From: a virus | Taxonomy: Duplodnaviria > Caudoviricetes | IMG/VR virus record: IMGVR_UViG_3300009602_000083 | Coordinates: 1-25,033 of that record | DNA length: 25,033 nt | Reading direction: 5' to 3' (one strand) | Shown here: one piece after another, positions 16,847 to 24,347 of the stretch | How positions within the stretch are numbered: the stretch's first letter is position 1 | How the letters are laid out: each line of letters starts with the position of its first letter | The notes under the pieces: model-generated | What the model was told of the DNA's origin: nothing | The model's database searches: none | What the model saw: only the letters and a program-made list of their open reading frames with translations | Position numbers and translations under genes: made by a program

Positions 16847-17091
16847 GAGGGCGTCTCTTCATCTGCGTTCTCCAGCTCTGTCAGCTCCCTCAGCGCTTCC
16901 TCAAGCTGCGTAGTCTTGTTCCAGAGCTCTGCTTCTATCTCTATAAGCTCACTCTCCAGCTCCTGAATAGCCTCCTTCTCAGCTAGATCAGTGGCATGTA
17001 TCTGGCGGCAGATTTCGTGCCCGGTGAATCCATCCCTTAGGTCAGACTCATCCACCTTGGGCCTGTCGTCTATACATATCTGGCAAATCAT
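16843..17091 (-). CDS. 82-aa protein, CxxC..H..C zinc motif plus acidic coiled coil
   Basis: ATGA overlap with the ERCC4 stop gives start 17091 (MICQICIDD...GHEIC); the track's longer N-terminus is off-frame ERCC4 sequence. Confidence 0.7.
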   Translation of the reverse strand: MICQICIDDRPKVDESDLRDGFTGHEICRQIHATDLAEKEAIQELESELIEIEAELWNKTTQLEEALRELTELENADEETPS

Positions 17092-17807
17092 GTCTGCAAC
17101 TCCGTCACTGCTGAATGGGCTATGACCTCTCCAAACCCGAAGATATTCTTCCAGTCCTCCTTTGAGGCGTTCCCCATCTCCTGCACTGTCCCGAACGTCT
17201 GCTCCACGGCGAGGCTCCGCTCCCACTCGATGTAGTTCAGCTCCTTCGCCATTCTCCTGATGAGACTCGGCCGCAGCATCACCGGGGACATAGGTGGTAC
17301 GTAGAATTTCCTGAGGCTGTCATGGTCATCCGGCGCCGTCTGGAACATATCCCAGAGATAGTAGATTTCCCTGATGGTCTCCTTCAGGTTGCGGGTGAAG
17401 ATCACCTGGACGTTCATCATATAGTGGATCTGGTAGAGGTACGCCTTCAGTCTCTTGTAGGTCGTCTCGGTCTCCCGGGCTCCCTTCCTCTGCTTCACAT
17501 GGCCGTCAGGGCCCTCTCGGATGCTCCCCTCGATGATCAGGGCCTGCCGAGTGAACCCTGCGGCGTACGCGTTCCTCACCTGGTTGAGATGGCGCCCATC
17601 ATCTATGCAGGCCAGGAGGTCGGGCACCTTCTTCCGGTCCCCACAGAATCTGAGAGGGCCTCCTTCTGGGTGCCAGCCTTCTTCACTGTCAATCTGGAAG
17701 TCACCATGCTGAATCGGGATAGGGAGGCTGATGCCGGGGTAGTCTCTCTTGAAGCCTCGGACCAGGTCACGGTCATTCGCTGCCGTAGTTAGGTAGATCC
17801 CCCTCAT
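17088..17807 (-). CDS. ERCC4/XPF-family structure-specific nuclease with C-terminal HhH
   Basis: GDF...DRKKVPDL...DGR...Q...LIIEG (GDxnERKx3D variant); IFGFGEVIA HhH-like. Confidence 0.85.
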   Translation of the reverse strand: MRGIYLTTAANDRDLVRGFKRDYPGISLPIPIQHGDFQIDSEEGWHPEGGPLRFCGDRKKVPDLLACIDDGRHLNQVRNAYAAGFTRQALIIEGSIREGPDGHVKQRKGARETETTYKRLKAYLYQIHYMMNVQVIFTRNLKETIREIYYLWDMFQTAPDDHDSLRKFYVPPMSPVMLRPSLIRRMAKELNYIEWERSLAVEQTFGTVQEMGNASKEDWKNIFGFGEVIAHSAVTELQT

Positions 17808-17810
17808 AGG

Positions 17811-18542
17811 TCACTCCCACACCATCGCCGACAATACTGGGAATGGCACGGCTGGGGTCACCTGCCCCTGGAGCATCCCGTTCTGCCGACTCTTGATGAT
17901 CTTCTGGACTCGGTTCCCAGTGCCATCCTGGTAGAGCTGGGCGACGACCTGCACCTGGTACATCATGTCCTTGTAGCCCTTGATCTCATACTCGTTGGGC
18001 TTCTGGAAGACGGTCCCCCATTTGTGGATGAAGATCCCGTTCAGCTGCGTGTCATCGAGCATGGACCGCACGATGGAGCGTAGCGGCGCCTGATACTGCT
18101 TGTGCCGAGTCGGGGGTATCTCGTTGATCTTCCCCACGAAGGCCCACTCTGCTAGCTCTACGAGCTCTGTGAAGGTATCCCAGATGATGGTCCCGCCTGT
18201 CCCGCGGAGGAGGTTCTTCACAAGACGGAACTTGGTCATCAGGTCATCCCAGATGGCCTTATACTCAGCCTGCGTTCCAGTGTCAGGCCAATCTATAGGG
18301 AGGACTGTGACGTCCTTACCAGCCTTAACTGCTTTCTGGATGACGCCTTCAGCACCATGGTCGATGTCGAAGTAGGCGATGGGATCCGGGGCAGTGAGAG
18401 CCCTGTCACTCTTCCCCATGCCACCATCCCCGGTGTATACCATGACGAGGCGCTGCGCAGCTATCTCGGCTGAGGGCTTGTACCCGCCAATCTCAAGTAA
18501 GCCGGCGAGTGGGCTAGGCGCTGCTGATGTCTCCGTCGTCAT
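17811..18542 (-). CDS. P-loop ATPase, AAA_24/Sak4-like
   Basis: Walker A GDGGMGKS, FDIDHG, Walker B IIWDTFTE; near SSB-like and nuclease genes. Confidence 0.8.
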   Translation of the reverse strand: MTTETSAAPSPLAGLLEIGGYKPSAEIAAQRLVMVYTGDGGMGKSDRALTAPDPIAYFDIDHGAEGVIQKAVKAGKDVTVLPIDWPDTGTQAEYKAIWDDLMTKFRLVKNLLRGTGGTIIWDTFTELVELAEWAFVGKINEIPPTRHKQYQAPLRSIVRSMLDDTQLNGIFIHKWGTVFQKPNEYEIKGYKDMMYQVQVVAQLYQDGTGNRVQKIIKSRQNGMLQGQVTPAVPFPVLSAMVWE

Positions 18543-18675
18543 CAGGAATCACCCCCTCTTCGCAGTCTACGTGCTCTCGTATATCAGGGTCGAAGTACCC
18601 GACCCGATATCGCTCTCCCACTTGGATAACCCGCCCACACTTTTGGCAGGTCATGGGCTTAGGTTCTGTTACCAT
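18514..18675 (-). CDS. 53-aa zinc-finger microprotein (not in ORF track)
   Basis: MVTEPKPMTCQKCGRVIQVGERYRVGYFDPDIREHVDCEEGVIPDDDGDISSA; CxxC..HxxC; fills the gap between nuclease and ATPase. Confidence 0.75.
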   Translation of the reverse strand: MVTEPKPMTCQKCGRVIQVGERYRVGYFDPDIREHVDCEEGVIPDDDGDISSA

Positions 18676-19270
18676 ACTTCTTCCTCTCCACCATTGGTTT
18701 CATTCGTAGTAAGGATTGCCAGTTCTCCATCAGCTCCATCGCCGTGAAGTCGATGATATGCAGCCATTGGGTCATGTCGGGTGGCCTGCCACCTATGTTG
18801 AGGACCGGGAACCAGCATTGCGTGACGCCGGCCATCCAGCAATAGGCCTTGGCTTGGATCATATATCGTTCGTTCTCCGTTGGTAGCTCCACGTCCTTCC
18901 AGCGAGTCTTGCACTCCCAGACAGCGACTGGAGGACCATTGTGGATGACTCCATCAAGAGAGCCGACGACGCTATCCACCTCGAGTACGAGGGGTCCGTG
19001 AAAGCTGTCTCCGTGGTCAAAGACGAGGCCTCTCTCTATGGCCTCACATTGCGCCACCTCCCAGAGCACCTTCTCCCAGATGAGGCCAAAGCTGCCGAGG
19101 TTCTTCACCCACTGAGGGAGGTCGTCCTCCTCTTCCTTCCTGAGACCTAGAGTCTCAAGAAGGGCGTCACGAAGGTCACTGACGTGGATCTTCGACTCGT
19201 TTCGGAAGGCAGGCGGGTTGAAAGTGTCGGCTACGTTCTGAAGGTCTAGCTGGACGGACTCGATGTTCAT
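18659..19270 (-). CDS. PD-(D/E)XK exonuclease (Cas4/lambda-exo/RecB-like)
   Basis: IHVSDL, G..WE, GSLDG, WECKT, QAKAY motifs; TAATG coupling favours start 19270 over 19312. Confidence 0.85.
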   Translation of the reverse strand: MNIESVQLDLQNVADTFNPPAFRNESKIHVSDLRDALLETLGLRKEEEDDLPQWVKNLGSFGLIWEKVLWEVAQCEAIERGLVFDHGDSFHGPLVLEVDSVVGSLDGVIHNGPPVAVWECKTRWKDVELPTENERYMIQAKAYCWMAGVTQCWFPVLNIGGRPPDMTQWLHIIDFTAMELMENWQSLLRMKPMVERKKYGNRT

Positions 19271-19392
19271 TACTGCCTCAACCAGAAGATGGCTTCGCTC
19301 AAGGCCAGCCATGTCCTCCGTATCTGGCCTGTCTCCAGAAATGCCTTTGCGATTATCAGGTAGCCGCAGGCGGTGCTCTCCTCTTTTGTCAT
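19270..19392 (-). CDS. 40-aa helical microprotein (not in ORF track)
   Basis: MTKEESTACGYLIIAKAFLETGQIRRTWLALSEAIFWLRQ; AAGGAG SD; TAATG overlap with nuclease start. Confidence 0.65.
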   Translation of the reverse strand: MTKEESTACGYLIIAKAFLETGQIRRTWLALSEAIFWLRQ

Positions 19393-19410
19393 GATTCTCT
19401 CCTTCAAAGT

Positions 19411-19528
19411 GGTGGTGGGGACACCGGGGGTTTAAACCGACATCCCCTCTTACGCCCTACCCTTATCTTCTCCTCGCGCGGAGAGGGCCTGGGACCACCG
19501 GAGGGTTATACGGCAGGGCCGAAGCCCC
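19411..19528 (-). ncRNA. Candidate structured RNA element (UUCG hairpin plus three-way junction)
   Basis: GGGC-UUCG-GCCC (19527-19516); GGUGGU(19499-19494)/ACCACC(19416-19411); inner GCCCU/AGGGC and CUCC/GGAG stems; 11-bp GGGGAUGUCGG/CCGGUGUCCCC with three G-U pairs. Confidence 0.5.
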
Positions 19529-19529
19529 T

Positions 19530-20396
19530 CTAGATGCTGAGAGTGTCCCCGGTGATGGTGACCCCAGCTACTACCAAGGCCTCGGCTACGGCGCCTCCCA
19601 TTACCAGGTTCATCATCTCCATCTTCTCGTCTGCTCCCCGAGTCTTGAAGATGTACAGGCTGAGGTCGTCCTTCTTCCTGTGACCTTCCGTCTCTGGGTC
19701 GGACAGCATAGCCATGGCGGACTCCACCACTTTGGCGACAGCCTCATCATTGGCTACAGCCGTGACGATTTGCTCTTGCTCTGCAGTTGCCACAGCTGTT
19801 GCCGTTGCAGCTGCCGGGACAGCCTGCTCACTGGTTCCATTGGCGTCGATGACTGCCACGTCTGGAGGCTTGGGAGCGTTCGGGGTAGCCTCACCCCACG
19901 GGAACTGGTATAGCTCCAAAGGCAGCACCAGCTGAGAGCTGTCTCCACGCTTGACCTCTTCCTGGTCAAACTTTGCGTAGAGGCCTACCAGCAGAGCCGC
20001 GATCTTGGACTCTTCTCGAAGCTTCTGCTCTGGATACCCGGCATTGACCAAGGCCTTGGTCAGCTGGTAATAGTTGCAGTTGGTCTTGAGGGTGCCGGTG
20101 TGAATCTCCGACCCGTCTGCTGCCACTGTGAACCGGGCTGGGTCTCCAATGGAGTAGAACTGGTTGAAGACCACGCCTTCATCATTCCGGAGGTCCACGA
20201 AGGCAGCGACGGCGACGGCCTGCTGGTTGTTCGTCGCCAACACCGGGATCATGACGTCGGTCCCGTCAGGGTTCTGTCCTACTCCCTTCTTCACATACTT
20301 GTGGATTCCGAATCTAGCTGCTACGACGAGCAAGTCTCCCCTGGGGAAGTCCCCACCCTCGGTAGCATCACTGGGTGCGTTAGACATTGGGGCCAT
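19530..20396 (-). CDS. Putative single-stranded DNA-binding protein
   Basis: Beta-rich aromatic N-domain, Ala-rich linker, acidic; position within helicase-nuclease-ATPase module; strong AAGGAG SD. Function inferred. Confidence 0.5.
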   Translation of the reverse strand: MAPMSNAPSDATEGGDFPRGDLLVVAARFGIHKYVKKGVGQNPDGTDVMIPVLATNNQQAVAVAAFVDLRNDEGVVFNQFYSIGDPARFTVAADGSEIHTGTLKTNCNYYQLTKALVNAGYPEQKLREESKIAALLVGLYAKFDQEEVKRGDSSQLVLPLELYQFPWGEATPNAPKPPDVAVIDANGTSEQAVPAAATATAVATAEQEQIVTAVANDEAVAKVVESAMAMLSDPETEGHRKKDDLSLYIFKTRGADEKMEMMNLVMGGAVAEALVVAGVTITGDTLSI

Positions 20397-20793
20397 AATA
20401 GTAATCTCCTTGTTCTAGTTTGAGTCGATATCTTGCGACCGTTCTCTCTGAAAGTCCGTGCTTCTCAGCGATAGCTCTGAGGCTACCTCCAATGGCTATG
20501 TCCTTAAACACCTCCTGTCTACGCCTTGCCGTCTCAGTGCTCGGTGCTCTCTGACGACGGGCTTTGATCCTATAGACCGTGCGCTCCGTGATGCCTAGAA
20601 TCTCTGCGGCTGCTGTAGGACTGGTGGCTTGATCAATGATCACCTCCATCTGCTTGTCCTTTTGCTGCTTCCTCCAGACCAAGTAGGGCCGAGGATTGTC
20701 ATGCTTGCAGACGGAGAGCGGACACTCCAGGCACCGCGGGTGGACATCACAGCCATCGTCGCCGTACTCTATGTCAGAGGCCTTACGATTCAC
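20380..20793 (-). CDS. Transcription regulator: four-Cys motif plus two HTH domains
   Basis: DDGCDVHPRCLECPLSVCKHD; AAEILGITERTVYR and IAEKHGLSERTVAR. Confidence 0.8.
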   Translation of the reverse strand: MNRKASDIEYGDDGCDVHPRCLECPLSVCKHDNPRPYLVWRKQQKDKQMEVIIDQATSPTAAAEILGITERTVYRIKARRQRAPSTETARRRQEVFKDIAIGGSLRAIAEKHGLSERTVARYRLKLEQGDYYYGPNV

Positions 20794-22381
20794 GATTCCT
20801 CTGAATTGGCGCCGGGATAAGATCCTGGCTCTTCGGGTTCACCCGTTCATGAAACCATTCCGGGGCAAACTCCTTATTGTCCTTCCAGAAGTGAGTCCAA
20901 TGGTCATCCACGATGATTACTTCACAGGTATCACTTTCCCTCCTATTTCCTCTGGCAGCTCCCTGCACTAAGGTCTTCATGGCCTCCCAATCAGAGTACG
21001 TCTCGTCGAGCTCTTTCCTAGCCTTCGCCAGCGGTGTATTGGTGAAAGGCCAGGGCACCTTGCCCCAGATGATGACCTCACATTCCTTGCCGGGGAAGTC
21101 ATAGCCGGTGGTAACCGAGGGAGACACCAGGATGGTCCCAGGGCTCGACCTCTTGAACCTGTTCACGACTTCGATGATATTCCTCGGCGTATTAACGAGC
21201 ATATCCTCACTGAAACGACTGTTGGCCCTGATGATTTCAGCTCTCTCATAGCTGCCGGTATGGATGATGGTCTTTCGATCCCTCCTTGTGCGTAGAATAT
21301 TATCAATGGTGGCAACCCACTCGATCCTCATGGCCTCGGTCCACTTATAGTCCACTCGGATGGTCTTGACGTGGATGAACGGGGCCCTGGCGGGGTCGAA
21401 CTGGGTGTTGGATTGTATCCAGGTTGGGTTCGGGATTCCAAGCTCCTTAGCTGCTCGAGGAGTCATCACTGCCGACATCACCAGGATCTTTGGGACATTC
21501 AAGAAGAGCGCCTGGTTGTGGACTCGTGGGTCAATAGGGGTGAAGTGCATGATCCCCTTCTCATATTCAGGAACCCACTCATCCCGAGCTCTAGAAAGCT
21601 TGCCAACCTTGGCGGCTAGCTGGCGAATCCACTTGTAGTCCGATCGGAGAGCTGTCGGGACATCTGCTCCCGCGTAGCCCTGGACCTCCTCCCTTAGGTC
21701 AGATTCCTCCCTGGTAAGCTCAGGGAGAATGTGTGTGGCGTGGGACTGCCACCACTCCCAGGTCTCATCTGCCTGTGACTCAAACCTGTCCAGTTCCTTG
21801 TGGTCCAGCTCCACCTTCTTGTAGGACTCGATCCACCTCGCCGCGGTGTGCGCCTCGTCGAGTATGAGGAGACCAAAGGGGTTCCCAGAGGTCACCGGGG
21901 GGATGTTGGAGGGCAGGTGGGACATCCCGTCACTATACCCATGCTGGTGGAGCCAGTACGAGTAGTTCGTGCTCACCAGGTTGGCATCCTTCACCTTCGC
22001 CAGCCGGCTGAAGTATTGGCAGCTGTCTCGAGTCGGGCACTGGAAGCCATAGGTGCAGGGCGCGCTGTCGGTGAAGAAGGTCGGGTATTCGTTGCAGACG
22101 TAAGACCCCCGGCCCATGATCTCCTTTAACTCAATCTCCCCGAAGTCGTCCATCAGCTGTGCCTGGAGTCCCTTCGTGCTGGTCAGGTATGCCGTCCTGG
22201 TCTGCCCCCAGAACGCTGTGAGGACCGCTAGGAGGGTCTTCCCGAAGCCAGCAGGGATTGGAGCGCAGGCGAACCTATTCTCCCCATTCATCCACTCTAC
22301 GAGCTGCTCAAAGATGTACTCCTGGCCGGGATACCATTGGTCAAACTTGGGCAGGCCTAGCATTTGGGCTGGTGTTAACAC
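20783..22381 (-). CDS. DinG/YoaA/XPD-family SF2 helicase with Fe-S cluster
   Basis: YPGQ Q-motif, PAGFGKT, TSTKGLQAQL, GRGSYVC..C..C..C, DEAH, MSA, GYDFPG, KVPWP, QGAARGNR. Confidence 0.9.
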   Translation of the reverse strand: MLTPAQMLGLPKFDQWYPGQEYIFEQLVEWMNGENRFACAPIPAGFGKTLLAVLTAFWGQTRTAYLTSTKGLQAQLMDDFGEIELKEIMGRGSYVCNEYPTFFTDSAPCTYGFQCPTRDSCQYFSRLAKVKDANLVSTNYSYWLHQHGYSDGMSHLPSNIPPVTSGNPFGLLILDEAHTAARWIESYKKVELDHKELDRFESQADETWEWWQSHATHILPELTREESDLREEVQGYAGADVPTALRSDYKWIRQLAAKVGKLSRARDEWVPEYEKGIMHFTPIDPRVHNQALFLNVPKILVMSAVMTPRAAKELGIPNPTWIQSNTQFDPARAPFIHVKTIRVDYKWTEAMRIEWVATIDNILRTRRDRKTIIHTGSYERAEIIRANSRFSEDMLVNTPRNIIEVVNRFKRSSPGTILVSPSVTTGYDFPGKECEVIIWGKVPWPFTNTPLAKARKELDETYSDWEAMKTLVQGAARGNRRESDTCEVIIVDDHWTHFWKDNKEFAPEWFHERVNPKSQDLIPAPIQRNRES

Positions 22382-22382
22382 A

Positions 22383-22805
22383 TCACTCTCCCTGGACTGC
22401 TACCCTGCCCTCCTGCTTTGGAGGAGCAAGGAATCTAGCCCATAGTATCCACTCAAAGAGCTGGACAGAGGCCTTCTTCTCCAGCACCAGCTCCCAGCCC
22501 TCAGTGAGGAAAGGGTCGTAAGCTACAGCCCGTGTGATTCGGCCATTGCCCTCCTCCTCTGTGAGAGCTCCTATTACAGTGGCGGTCCTCACCTGGAACC
22601 ACATCTCCAGGGTGTCCTCTATCGGGCGTCTCTCTAGAGGGTGGACGTGCTTCTCAAAAGCCTCCATGCCAGCTTCCAACTCGAGGGATCGGGCATCTAT
22701 AGCTGAGAGTCCTTCAGATAAATCTCCATCCGTTTGGTCTACTACAAGTATCAGAACCAGGATGAGAAATCCAAGGCCACAGAGGACGCAGAACAGAGTC
22801 GTCAT
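22383..22805 (-). CDS. Membrane-anchored hypothetical protein
   Basis: ATGA coupling gives start 22805; N-terminal hydrophobic helix LFCVLCGLGFLILVLILVV. Confidence 0.7.
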   Translation of the reverse strand: MTTLFCVLCGLGFLILVLILVVDQTDGDLSEGLSAIDARSLELEAGMEAFEKHVHPLERRPIEDTLEMWFQVRTATVIGALTEEEGNGRITRAVAYDPFLTEGWELVLEKKASVQLFEWILWARFLAPPKQEGRVAVQGE

Positions 22806-23098
22806 CCGCGACCTCCTGGCGTCCATAGCTTCGCTTTTCCGTAGACCTCACCGAGGTCATCAGGCATCCCATGGCTGAGCACCTGGAGGAGTGCCATGTC
22901 CGCTCCTAGGTTGATGGCATTGAGGTAGTTCTGGACGAGCTTCATGTCTCCACCGAACCGGTGGTTCAGCATCTTCGCAATGTCGGCAAAGTGGTTCGGC
23001 CGATGCTTCTGCATGTAGGCGAGGTAGGTTTTGTTGTCAGCGGCGCCAACCTCATTGCCGGGAAGAGGGGTGCGGTCCATCATCTCATAGAGCTTCAT
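22802..23098 (-). CDS. Hypothetical protein (98 aa)
   Basis: AAGGAG SD; tiles operon. Confidence 0.75.
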   Translation of the reverse strand: MKLYEMMDRTPLPGNEVGAADNKTYLAYMQKHRPNHFADIAKMLNHRFGGDMKLVQNYLNAINLGADMALLQVLSHGMPDDLGEVYGKAKLWTPGGRG

Positions 23099-23117
23099 TC
23101 GGACAACGCTCCTTATG

Positions 23118-23498
23118 TCAACTAATTCCGCAGGCGGGGGGTTCTACAATCTCGTCGGGAGTCGGGATGTAGGACTTGGGTGTGTCAGGCAGTATGATGT
23201 CATAGGCGTCTACCAGTGCCAGCCTGGAAGAGCCGCTTAACTCACCAGCGTGAATAAGCAGGAAGTCAAGCTGGCGGCTGGTGAGCTTTATGAAGTTAAT
23301 CTCCCGGTCCAGAAGGAACGCCTGCCCGTTAGAGATTTGCACGTACCCCTTCTTCGCTAGTACATCAACCGGGCTGATCCCTCCGTCAATGCCAAGGCGC
23401 TCACACTCCTCACGTGCCCACGGAATATGAGAGTAATAGGGAAGTTCAATCCATTCCCCGCTCCGTTTTAGGAACCCGCCTAGACTCATGGTTCGCAC
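23118..23498 (-). CDS. Hypothetical phage protein (start 23498 or 23489)
   Basis: GFL..SG.W......H...A...L.KKGYVQI pattern I associate with uncharacterised phage proteins. Confidence 0.7.
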   Translation of the reverse strand: MRTMSLGGFLKRSGEWIELPYYSHIPWAREECERLGIDGGISPVDVLAKKGYVQISNGQAFLLDREINFIKLTSRQLDFLLIHAGELSGSSRLALVDAYDIILPDTPKSYIPTPDEIVEPPACGIS

Positions 23499-23689
23499 TA
23501 CTCCTGTTGCGTAAACTCGATGTCGCCGTTTTGAGCAAGCTCAGCCAGTTGTTTAGCTCTCTCAGCGATGGTTTCCAGCCGGTCGGCACATCCTTGCCCA
23601 CCAACGGTATTGTCCCGCAGTAGGTGTTCCAACGCGAAGACTGACCCGGCCAAAGCAGCTACCTCAATCTTGAACATCTCTATTTCCAT
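23498..23689 (-). CDS. 63-aa helical hypothetical protein
   Basis: GGAGGGAG SD before ATG 23689 (MEIEMFKIEV...). Confidence 0.65.
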   Translation of the reverse strand: MEIEMFKIEVAALAGSVFALEHLLRDNTVGGQGCADRLETIAERAKQLAELAQNGDIEFTQQE

Positions 23690-23705
23690 GCTCGCTCCCT
23701 CCTGT

Positions 23706-23998
23706 CTACTTAGGCTCGGCAAACGCATCCCAGTCGGCTTTGGCCTTGACCATTGGAATGTGTCTAATAAAAGGCTCTACGTCCTTTGGCGCATAAGTAA
23801 GTAATTGGTCTACAATCGCTACCATCCCCGCCGCCGCCGCGATGGCCTCGGCTACCCACTCGACTCGAATCTCTTTATGAATCGCTACCGCCATGCGGTA
23901 GCCCTCATGCTTACCCTCAGCGAAAGCCACTTTCTTATGAGACTCTATCCGTCCTAAACACTCCGCCTCGACCTCAGCGCGGCCAGCCGGTTAGTCAT
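23706..23998 (-). pseudogene. Hypothetical gene with apparent 1-nt frameshift near its start (or intact gene from GTG 23930)
   Basis: ATG 23998 has an SD and ATGA coupling but stops after 14 codons; the -1 frame is open from 23990 to 23706. Confidence 0.45.
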
Positions 23999-24141
23999 AT
24001 CTGCTCCCTTTTAGCAACGGCTTTAGCATGGAACCCGCAATACCACGTACCCTTAATTTGATAGACCGCATGAGTATTACAAAAGCCGTCTTGCTGGGAG
24101 TGGCAGTATTCTTCCCCTTCGGGGCTGACTGGTTCAGGCAT
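23995..24141 (-). CDS. 48-aa zinc-finger microprotein (not in ORF track)
   Basis: MPEPVSPEGEEYCHSQQDGFCNTHAVYQIKGTWYCGFHAKAVAKREQI; AAGGAG SD; C-x7-C...CxxH. Confidence 0.75.
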   Translation of the reverse strand: MPEPVSPEGEEYCHSQQDGFCNTHAVYQIKGTWYCGFHAKAVAKREQI

Positions 24142-24268
24142 TCTGGCGCTCCTTGAGTTTCCGTCTCCAATAACTGCCGAGGTAGTCGTAACATCGACGG
24201 CAGAGACGAAGAGGGGACTGCGTTAATGGACGTGTCGTGTAACAGTAGGAACAAAACCCGCTAGTCAT
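24134..24268 (-). CDS. 44-aa zinc-finger microprotein (not in ORF track)
   Basis: MTSGFCSYCYTTRPLTQSPLRLCRRCYDYLGSYWRRKLKERQNA; GGAGG SD; CxxC-x13-CxxC. Confidence 0.75.
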   Translation of the reverse strand: MTSGFCSYCYTTRPLTQSPLRLCRRCYDYLGSYWRRKLKERQNA

Positions 24269-24347
24269 CACTTACCCTCCACTAATCCCGTCCACTTGCA
24301 TGAAACATATACCGGGGCACGGTAGCAGGTGTAGTGGCGTTTCGGTG

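Noticed and set aside
18581-18610. Hairpin ATATC-A-GGGTCG...CGACCC-GATAT
   Set aside because: Inside a coding microgene, no U-tract, no other support.
18659-19270. Cas4 as part of a CRISPR system
   Set aside because: No repeat-spacer array or other cas genes seen, and no C-terminal Cys cluster; a stand-alone phage nuclease.
19515-19528. Intrinsic terminator after the ssb-like gene
   Set aside because: UUCG hairpin lacks a U-tract; kept only as part of the structured RNA candidate.
20783-22381. CasDinG of type IV CRISPR
   Set aside because: No csf genes or array; it sits in a replication operon.
23991-24254. 87-aa ORF from the track
   Set aside because: Off-frame shadow of two better-supported zinc-finger genes with SDs.
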